A DNA stretch of 64,000 nt, from positions 2,575,684 through 2,639,683 of the forward strand of contig OZ241345.1 of assembly GCA_965200175.1 (NCBI GenBank). Direction: 5' to 3'. Below are positions 55,779 to 64,000 of this stretch, in pieces. The stretch comes from Pseudomonadales bacterium (GTDB lineage: Bacteria > Pseudomonadota > Gammaproteobacteria > Pseudomonadales > Azotimanducaceae). The notes beneath the pieces are model-generated. The model searched no databases, was not told where the DNA came from, and worked only from the letters and a program-made list of their open reading frames with translations. Position 1 is the stretch's first letter; each line of letters starts with the position of its first letter. A program made the translations under genes and the position numbers.

Positions 55779-56213
55779 GTGATCGGACGATTGAATCACA
55801 TTGCCATCGTGGTGCCGGACTTGGCGGCGGCCGCCGCCTTGTACAGGAATCAACTCGGCGCCGAGGTCTCCGACCCGGTGCCGTTGCCGGACCATGGGGT
55901 CACCACGGTGTTCGTGGAATTGCCCAACAGCAAAGTCGAGCTGCTGCACCCCTTGGGGGAGGGCTCTCCGGTGGCGAACTTCCTATCCAACAATCCGGCC
56001 GGCGGCATGCACCACATCTGTTATGAAGTGGAGGACATCCAGGCTGCCATAGAACATCTCAGCAACGAGGGCGCCCGCGTGCTCGGCGACGGCAAGCCAA
56101 GGCTCGGCGCGCACAATCTGCCGGTGGTGTTCCTGCATCCCAAGGACTTCTGCGGCACCTTGATTGAATTGGAGGAGGTGCGGCCCAGCGACCGCGCCCC
56201 GCAGGCGGCCTGA
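55779..56213 (+). CDS. Methylmalonyl-CoA epimerase
   Basis: GTG at 55779. LNHIAIVVPDL...VELLHPLGEGSPVANFL...GMHHICYEV is the VOC-type epimerase pattern. Confidence 0.85.
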   Translation: MIGRLNHIAIVVPDLAAAAALYRNQLGAEVSDPVPLPDHGVTTVFVELPNSKVELLHPLGEGSPVANFLSNNPAGGMHHICYEVEDIQAAIEHLSNEGARVLGDGKPRLGAHNLPVVFLHPKDFCGTLIELEEVRPSDRAPQAA

Positions 56214-56397
56214 TTCAACATCAACCCCCGAGCCGTCCAAGTTAAGAAGCGCATCGGAATCCAACACAAGCAAGGAGCGCAGTTCAGCGTCAGCGAAGCC
56301 CCAATGTGAATCAAAGGTTCGCGCAGCACCTTTAACACTCCCGCAATAAGCGATAAGATGCGACCTTGCGCCAGCAAAACCAACGCGGCGTTGTCTC

Positions 56398-56422
56398 TTT
56401 GCAAAGTTTGCAAGGTTTGCAA
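56398..56422 (+). promoter_or_regulatory. Three TTTGCAA repeats with 9-bp phasing (candidate operator) upstream of the orphan gene
   Basis: TTTGCAAagTTTGCAAggTTTGCAA lies 43 nt upstream of the ATG at 56465. Confidence 0.3.
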
Positions 56423-56464
56423 AGGAAACAGGTTCCAACGAAAAACTTGACCAGGAGCTTTCAC

Positions 56465-57076
56465 ATGGCCATTTTCAACAAGGTTCTGCCATCACTCGCC
56501 AAGGCGGATGAGCGCTTGGCAGCGCTGATGACCGAGTCGGTGACCAAGCGCGAATACTCGCATCTCGGCGAGTTGGCATCGGTGTCAGAAAAGGTGCGCG
56601 CCGCAATTGCCGAAATCGAACGCATCGAACCACCGGCGGCGGCACCGGAGCCTGCCGCGCCGAAGCGCGCCGCCGCACCCAAGGCCGAAGCGCCCAAGAG
56701 GCGCCGCCGGTCGCCACCTAAGCGAGGCTATCCAAGATACTCAAGACGCGGCGACAGCCTCGTCAGAACGGAGTGGTCGAACAGCAAGAACGTTGAACAG
56801 ACCCATGCCGTGCCCTACCCAACCATCGCGCAAATCGCCACCACCATCGTCGGCGACGGCGGTGCGATGTTTCGCAAGAACATCCTGACCGAGCTGACCA
56901 CCCCGGAAGGCAAGCAACTGCCCATCCATCAGGTGTACCTCGTTTTGGGCTGGCTGCTGGCCAGCAAGGCGATCCGCAAGAAGGGGCGCGGGGACTACAT
57001 CCCCAACTACGCCAAGTTGACCGCCGAGGCATTGCGCGGCAGCTTCAATGAGTTGAGCGAGGCCGACGGCAAGTAG
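56465..57076 (+). CDS. Hypothetical protein (helical N-terminus, Pro/Ala/Lys/Arg linker, possible winged-helix C-terminus)
   Basis: 203-aa ORF, AT-richer than its neighbours. Inserted between the epimerase and pccA. Confidence 0.5.
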   Translation: MAIFNKVLPSLAKADERLAALMTESVTKREYSHLGELASVSEKVRAAIAEIERIEPPAAAPEPAAPKRAAAPKAEAPKRRRRSPPKRGYPRYSRRGDSLVRTEWSNSKNVEQTHAVPYPTIAQIATTIVGDGGAMFRKNILTELTTPEGKQLPIHQVYLVLGWLLASKAIRKKGRGDYIPNYAKLTAEALRGSFNELSEADGK

Positions 57077-57140
57077 ATCGGCGCACCAACCCGCCCGCGC
57101 CGCAAGGCGCCGGGCGGGTTGGCGATTTGCGATGCGCCGG

Positions 57141-59147
57141 TCATTCGAACTCCAGGATCGGCTGGTCCACTTCCAAGCTGTCGCCCGCCGACGCAAGCAC
57201 CGCCTTCACGACGCCATCGTTGGCGGCGCGCAGGCTGTTCTCCATTTTCATGGCCTCCACGACGGCCAGCTCCTCGCCAGCCCCGACTTTGTCCCCTGCC
57301 TGAACGCGCAGCCGCACCAGCAGCCCTGACATCGGCGAGAGCAGGAAGCGGCTGAGGTCCGGCGGCGCTTGTTCGATCATGTGCTCGACGAGTTCGGCTC
57401 CCCGCGCCGTCAAGACCAGGGCCGAGACCTCCGCCCCCCGGTGAAACAGCCTGTAGCCCGTGCCTTCAACGTCCACCTGCGCCAACACCGGCACGCCGTC
57501 AATCCGCGCCCGGAACAGGGGCTCGCCCGGCCGCCACGCCGTGGCCACTTGACGGTCGGCATCGCCCAAGCGAACGGTGAAGCCATTGTCGATGGCCGTC
57601 ACGCGAACGGGATGCGGCACCTTGTTGATGACCACCGTCCAATCGGTATTGGCGGACCGCGCGAAACGCCGCGTTTGACCGCTGATTTCGGCAGCGCGGG
57701 CGGTTCGCGTCTGATGAACCGCCGCCGCGGCAATCACCGGAACATCCGTTGATCCGGCGGGCAGCGCATCCGCTTGGAATCCGTCCGGAAACTCCTCGTC
57801 AATGAAGTGGGTGGTCAAGCGTCCGGCGCGGAATCGTTCATGGGCGATGACGGCGCCCAGAAAGCTGATGTTGTGATTGACGCCGCGGATGTAGTAGGCA
57901 TCCAGCGCTTCGCCCATCGTCTCGATGGCCGCTTCCCGGCTCTCACCCCAAGTCGCCAGCTTGGCGATCATGGGGTCGTAGAACATGGAAACCTCGCTGC
58001 CCTCCTCGATGCCCGTATCCACCCGCACCCGCGCGCTCTCAGCCGGCGGCTGGTAGCGAACCAGCCGTCCGATGGCGGGCAGGAAGTTGCGCGACGGATC
58101 CTCGGCATAAACCCGGGACTCCACCGCCCACCCGTTCTGCCGGACATCGTCCTGGGTCAACGGCAGCGGTTCGCCGACGGCCACCCGGATCATCAACTCC
58201 ACCAAGTCCTGCCCGGTGACCATCTCAGTGATCGGATGCTCCACCTGCAGACGGGTATTCATTTCCAGGAAGTAGAAGTTCCTGTTGCCGTCAACGATGA
58301 ACTCAACGGTGCCCGCCGAGGCGTAGTCCACGGCCCGGGCCAAGGCGATGGCCTGCTCACCCATGGCCTGGCGGGTGGCGGGGTCTATGAAGGGTGACGG
58401 CGACTCCTCAATGACCTTTTGGTGGCGGCGCTGGATGGAGCATTCCCGCTCGCCGAGGTGGACGACGTTGCCGTGGCGGTCGGCGATGATCTGAATCTCA
58501 ATGTGGCGCGGCTGCTCGATGAACTTCTCGGCGAACACCCGGTCGTCGCCAAAGCTCGACCGGGCCTCGTTGGCCGCCCGCTCGAAGCCCGCCCGGCACT
58601 CCTCGTCGTCGCGCACCACGCGCATGCCCTTGCCGCCGCCCCCGGCGCTGGCCTTAAGCATGACCGGATAGCCGACCTTGCGGGCGATCGCCACCGCGTG
58701 GTCCGGCCCCTCGATGACGTCCTCATAGCCGGGAATGGTGTTGACGCCCGCCGCCGCCGCGATGCGCTTGGAGGTGATCTTGTCGCCCATGCTGGTGATG
58801 GCGTGGGCGCCGGGGCCGATGAAGGCAATGCCGCGCTCGGCCAAGGCTTCGGCGAACTCGGTGTTTTCGGAGAGAAAGCCGTAACCCGGATGCACCGCTT
58901 CGGCGCCGGTCGCCGCCACGGCCTCAAGCAGCCGATCGATGCGCAGGTAGCTGTCGCTTGAGGCCGCCCCGCCGATCCGCACGCGTTCATCGGCCATGCG
59001 CGCGTGGAGGGCGCCGGCATCCGCATCCGAATGCACCGCAACCGTCGCGATGCCCATCCGGCGGGCCGTCCTGATGACCCGGCAGGCAATTTCCCCGCGG
59101 TTGGCGATGAGGATCTTCTTGAACATTGAATCGGACATGGCGAGCAC
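57141..59147 (-). CDS. pccA: Propionyl/acetyl-CoA carboxylase alpha subunit (biotin carboxylase plus BCCP)
   Basis: KILIANRGEIA N-terminus, an ATP-grasp domain and the C-terminal biotinylation motif EAMKMEN. Confidence 0.9.
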   Translation of the reverse strand: MLAMSDSMFKKILIANRGEIACRVIRTARRMGIATVAVHSDADAGALHARMADERVRIGGAASSDSYLRIDRLLEAVAATGAEAVHPGYGFLSENTEFAEALAERGIAFIGPGAHAITSMGDKITSKRIAAAAGVNTIPGYEDVIEGPDHAVAIARKVGYPVMLKASAGGGGKGMRVVRDDEECRAGFERAANEARSSFGDDRVFAEKFIEQPRHIEIQIIADRHGNVVHLGERECSIQRRHQKVIEESPSPFIDPATRQAMGEQAIALARAVDYASAGTVEFIVDGNRNFYFLEMNTRLQVEHPITEMVTGQDLVELMIRVAVGEPLPLTQDDVRQNGWAVESRVYAEDPSRNFLPAIGRLVRYQPPAESARVRVDTGIEEGSEVSMFYDPMIAKLATWGESREAAIETMGEALDAYYIRGVNHNISFLGAVIAHERFRAGRLTTHFIDEEFPDGFQADALPAGSTDVPVIAAAAVHQTRTARAAEISGQTRRFARSANTDWTVVINKVPHPVRVTAIDNGFTVRLGDADRQVATAWRPGEPLFRARIDGVPVLAQVDVEGTGYRLFHRGAEVSALVLTARGAELVEHMIEQAPPDLSRFLLSPMSGLLVRLRVQAGDKVGAGEELAVVEAMKMENSLRAANDGVVKAVLASAGDSLEVDQPILEFE

Positions 59148-59197
59148 CGAGTGGGAAAACCGGGGGTTGGCTGCAAACGTGGGCTACAAGGGAGGGG

Positions 59198-60757
59198 CTA
59201 CAAGGGGATGTTGCCGTGCTTGCGCCAAGGGTTCTCAAGCTGCTTGTCGCGCAGCATGGCAAACGACTTGCAGACCCGCTCCCGGGTCTCTGGGGGCCGG
59301 ATGACGTCATCCACAAAGCCACGGCTGGCGGCGATGAAGGGGTTGGCGAACTTGGCCTGGTATTCCTCGGTGCGCGCCTGAATCAGGGCCTCGTCGCCCT
59401 TGTCCTGGCGGAAGATGATCTCAACCGCGCCCTTGGCGCCCATCACGGCGATCTCCGCGCTCGGCCAAGCGAAGTTCACGTCGCCGCGCAGATGCTTGGA
59501 CGCCATCACGTCGTAGGCGCCGCCGTAGGCCTTGCGCGTGATCAACGTCACCTTGGGCACCGTGCATTCGGCATAGGCGTAGAGCAGCTTGGCGCCGTTC
59601 TTGATGATGCCGCCATACTCCTGGACGGTGCCGGGCATGAAGCCGGGCACGTCCACCAGCGTGAAAATGGGGATGTTGAAGGCGTCGCAGAAGCGCACGA
59701 AACGAGCGCCCTTCTTGGACGAGTCGATGTCCAGGCAGCCGGCCAGCACCATGGGCTGATTGGCGACCACGCCGACCGTCGCCCCCTGCAGGCGGATGAA
59801 GCCGATGACGATGTTCTGCGCGTAGCCCGGCTGCAGCTCGAAGAACTCCCCTTCGTCGGCCACCTTGACGATGGCCTCCTTGATGTCGTAGGGCTTGGCG
59901 GGATCCGCCGGCACGAGGCTGGCAAGCGACGGCGCGCGGCGGCTGGCAGGATCGCTGGTCGGCCAGCGGGGCGGCTGCTCGCGATTGTTCGGCGGCAGGT
60001 AGTCGAAGAAGCGGCGCGTCAGCAGCAGCGCCTCCACGTCATTGGCGATGGCGAGATCGGCCACGCCGGACTTGCGGCTGTGGACGCTGGCGCCGCCGAG
60101 CTCCTCCGGCGTGACCACCTCGTGGGTGACCGTTTTCACCACGTCCGGCCCGGTGACGAACATGTAGGAGGAGTCCTCCACCATGAAGATGAAGTCGGTG
60201 ATGGCGGGCGAGTAAACCGCGCCGCCCGCGCAGGGCCCCATGATGAGGGACAGCTGCGGCACCACCCCGGAGGCGAGGACGTTGCGCTGAAAGATCTCGG
60301 CGTAGCCGCCCAGCGAGGCAACGCCCTCCTGGATGCGGGCGCCTCCGGAGTCGTTCAGGCCGATCAGCGGCGCACCGACCTTGATGGCTTGGTCCATCAC
60401 CTTGCAGATCTTCTCCGCATGGGCCTCCGACAGGGCGCCCCCGAACACCGTGAAGTCCTGGCTGAACACGAACACCAAGCGGCCGTTGATGCTGCCGTAG
60501 CCGGTGACGACCCCATCGCCGGGGACTTTCCGATCGGCCATGCCGAAGTCGCTGCTGCGGTGCTCAACGAACTTGTCCCACTCCTCGAAGCTGCCTTCAT
60601 CAAGCAGCAGGCCCAGGCGCTCCCGAGCGGTCAGCTTGCCCTTGGCGTGCTGCTGCTCAATGCGGCGCTGGCCGCCGCCGAGCAGGGCTGCCGCCGCCTT
60701 GGCGGCCAACGGATCGGCTGCCGCATCCGGCTGACTGTGGGCGCGGATTTCGCTCAT
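59198..60757 (-). CDS. pccB: Propionyl-CoA carboxylase beta subunit (carboxyltransferase)
   Basis: 519 aa with carboxyltransferase motifs ([30 protein letters not shown]). Confidence 0.9.
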   Translation of the reverse strand: MSEIRAHSQPDAAADPLAAKAAAALLGGGQRRIEQQHAKGKLTARERLGLLLDEGSFEEWDKFVEHRSSDFGMADRKVPGDGVVTGYGSINGRLVFVFSQDFTVFGGALSEAHAEKICKVMDQAIKVGAPLIGLNDSGGARIQEGVASLGGYAEIFQRNVLASGVVPQLSLIMGPCAGGAVYSPAITDFIFMVEDSSYMFVTGPDVVKTVTHEVVTPEELGGASVHSRKSGVADLAIANDVEALLLTRRFFDYLPPNNREQPPRWPTSDPASRRAPSLASLVPADPAKPYDIKEAIVKVADEGEFFELQPGYAQNIVIGFIRLQGATVGVVANQPMVLAGCLDIDSSKKGARFVRFCDAFNIPIFTLVDVPGFMPGTVQEYGGIIKNGAKLLYAYAECTVPKVTLITRKAYGGAYDVMASKHLRGDVNFAWPSAEIAVMGAKGAVEIIFRQDKGDEALIQARTEEYQAKFANPFIAASRGFVDDVIRPPETRERVCKSFAMLRDKQLENPWRKHGNIPL

Positions 60758-60891
60758 CGGTTCACTTCCATCGTTTCAAGCCCTCCAAAGCGGCGCCTGC
60801 CACCCGTCGATTCACTGCCATGCCGCCATCCCCCCAACGCGCCGAGGCTGACGCCAGCCCAACTCCGACCCGAACCGACATGCGCCCCAAC

Positions 60892-60960
60892 GCGCGGAGT
60901 TTGGCGTCAGCCAAACTCCAATGCGAGCCGAAGCGCACCTTCGGTGCGCTTCGGCTCGCA
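60892..60960. repeat. Family A-related palindromic element
   Basis: GGAGTTTGGC-GTCA-GCCAAACTCC followed by GCGAGCCGAAGCGCACC-TTC-GGTGCGCTTCGGCTCGC. Confidence 0.7.
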
Positions 60961-60962
60961 CA

Positions 60963-62423
<1,461 letters not shown>

Positions 62424-62430
62424 AGGCTCC

Positions 62431-64000
62431 TCAGCCCGCCGCGATCATCGATTTGCGCTGCATGAGCACCCGCTTGTAGTCCACGGGCATCACCTTCACG
62501 AACTCGCCCAAGGCCTGCTTCCAGCGGGCCAGCAGGCGCTGCGCCACGGCGGAGTCCGTATGGCGCCGGTGGGCCTCGACCATGCGCCGCAATTCGCTGA
62601 CATCCTCCGGATCGGCAAGCGGCTCAAGCTCCACCATTTCCGGGTTGCACAAGGCGCTGAAGGCGCCCTCGGGGTTCCAAACATAGGCGATGCCGCCGCT
62701 CATGCCGGCAGCGAAGTTGCGCCCGGTGGGGCCGAGCACGGCCACCCGCCCGCCGGTCATGTACTCGCAGCCGTGGTCGCCGACCCCCTCCACCACCGCC
62801 AGGGCGCCGCTGTTGCGCACACCGAACCGCTCCGCCGCCACGCCGCGGAAGTAGCACTCGCCGCTGGTGGCGCCGTACAGCGCCACGTTGCCGATCAGGA
62901 TGTTGTCCTCGGCGGCGAACTTGGAGGCCTTGGGCGGGTAGATGATGATCCGTCCTCCGGACAGGCCCTTGCCCACGTAGTCGTTGGCGTCCCCCTCCAC
63001 CTCCAAGGTCACGCCCTTGGCCAGCCAGCAGCCCAGGCTCTGGCCGGCGCTGCCCTTGAACTTGAAGTGGATGGCGCCGTCCTGGAGCATCTTCGGGCCG
63101 ACGGTGCGGATGATGTGGTGGGAGAGCATCGCGCCCACCACCCGGTTGGTGTTGACGATGGGCAGCTCGCGGCGCACCCGCTTGCCGCTGCGGCCGCCAT
63201 CGACCAAAGCCGGCCCGGCCAGCTCGATCAGCCGATTGTCCAGCGCCCGGTCCAGCTCATGGTCCTGGCTGTGGCGGGCGTAGGCGCCGAGAAACCCGGC
63301 CGGCTCCTGGGCCGGCGTGAGCAATTCGCTTAAGTTCACGCCCTTGCTCTTCCAGTGGCTGGCCGCCGCCTCGGCATCGAGCGCATCCACTCTGCCGACC
63401 ATCTCGTTGACGGTGCGAAAGCCCAACTCCGCCATGATCCGGCGCAGTTCCTTGGCCACCATGAAGAAGTAGTTGATGGCGTGTTCGGGCTGGCCCTGGA
63501 ACTTCCGCCGCAGCGCCGGATCCTGGGTGGCGATGCCCACCGGGCAGGTGTTCAGATGGCATTTGCGCATCATGATGCAGCCGAGCGTCACCAAGGGGGC
63601 GGTGGCAAAGCCGAACTCCTCCGCGCCCAGCAGGCAGGCGATGGCGACGTCCCGCCCGGTCTTAAGCTGGCCGTCGGTCTGCAGCACCACCCGGGAGCGC
63701 AGGTTGTTGACCACCAGGGTCTGGTGGGTCTCGGCGATGCCCAGCTCCCAGGGCAGCCCGGCATGCTTGATGGAGGTCAGGGGCGATGCGCCGGTGCCGC
63801 CGGAATCACCGGCGATGACCAGGTGGTCCGCCCGCGCCTTGGTGACCCCGGCGGCCACCGCGCCGACGCCGATTTCGGCGCCCAGCTTGACGCTGATGCG
63901 CGCGTTCGGGTTGCCGTTCTTGAGGTCATGGATGAGTTGGGCGATGTCCTCGATGGAATAGATGTCGTGGTGCGGCGGCGGGCTGATCAGGCCCACCCCC
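62431..64000 (-). CDS. gltB: Glutamate synthase large subunit, C-terminal part (gene continues beyond the window)
   Basis: FMN/synthase domain ([10 protein letters not shown]) and a C-terminal GXGXG beta-helix domain. The ORF is open at the window edge. Confidence 0.95.
   Translation of the reverse strand, partial: GVGLISPPPHHDIYSIEDIAQLIHDLKNGNPNARISVKLGAEIGVGAVAAGVTKARADHLVIAGDSGGTGASPLTSIKHAGLPWELGIAETHQTLVVNNLRSRVVLQTDGQLKTGRDVAIACLLGAEEFGFATAPLVTLGCIMMRKCHLNTCPVGIATQDPALRRKFQGQPEHAINYFFMVAKELRRIMAELGFRTVNEMVGRVDALDAEAAASHWKSKGVNLSELLTPAQEPAGFLGAYARHSQDHELDRALDNRLIELAGPALVDGGRSGKRVRRELPIVNTNRVVGAMLSHHIIRTVGPKMLQDGAIHFKFKGSAGQSLGCWLAKGVTLEVEGDANDYVGKGLSGGRIIIYPPKASKFAAEDNILIGNVALYGATSGECYFRGVAAERFGVRNSGALAVVEGVGDHGCEYMTGGRVAVLGPTGRNFAAGMSGGIAYVWNPEGAFSALCNPEMVELEPLADPEDVSELRRMVEAHRRHTDSAVAQRLLARWKQALGEFVKVMPVDYKRVLMQRKSMIAAG

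Overview
GC-rich proteobacterial chromosome segment, probably gammaproteobacterial (mnmA-hflD-purB, ribF-lspA, dnaG and gltBD are all present). All family names come from reading the translated ORFs by eye; no searches were run.

Layout:
- 1-8.7 kb: part of a type III secretion (T3SS) cluster. It holds the sctV tail, sctN and sctO, convergent with one long minus-strand operon: LcrG-like, TPR chaperone, hydrophobic translocator, hydrophilic secreted protein, second TPR chaperone, CesT-like chaperone, YscE-like protein, secretin sctC.
- 8.9-14.5 kb: type IV pilus minor-pilin genes (fimT; pilE-like, pilV, pilW, pilX, pilY1).
- 14.9-31.7 kb: housekeeping genes (lspA, ribF, mnmA, hflD, purB, isocitrate lyase, RidA, dihydroorotase-like, mltF, NMO, GST-like, crotonase, M50 protease, bactofilin). 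A coupled gene pair sits among them: a membrane hendecad-repeat protein plus an AAA/PD-(D/E)XK protein.
- 32.7-35.9 kb: a translationally coupled operon of MFS transporter, TGT-fold base-exchange enzyme and FmrO-like (16S rRNA m7G1405-type) methyltransferase. This is my best candidate for an undescribed nucleic-acid modification or resistance module.
- 36.7-39.4 kb: a crotonase gene and dnaG.
- 39.5-47.9 kb: a visibly AT-richer accessory patch. It holds a decayed COG1373-type ATPase gene and a 2.85-kb cassette flanked by diverged direct repeats of a gene 3' end. The cassette carries a small basic WHGYP protein, a Trp-rich protein and an ImmA/IrrE peptidase. A SAM-methyltransferase/winged-helix-like/HNH fusion gene follows. 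This is the second candidate system.
- 49.6-51.8 kb: a UGSC-type selenoprotein gene, split by the ORF track at an in-frame TGA, next to a thioredoxin-fold fusion protein.
- 52.8-60.8 kb: propionyl-CoA to succinyl-CoA genes.
- 61-64 kb: gltD and gltB.

Two dispersed palindromic repeat families are present. One of them is inserted in frame into dnaG and forms the 5' extension of pilW. No rRNA, tRNA or CRISPR array was found.
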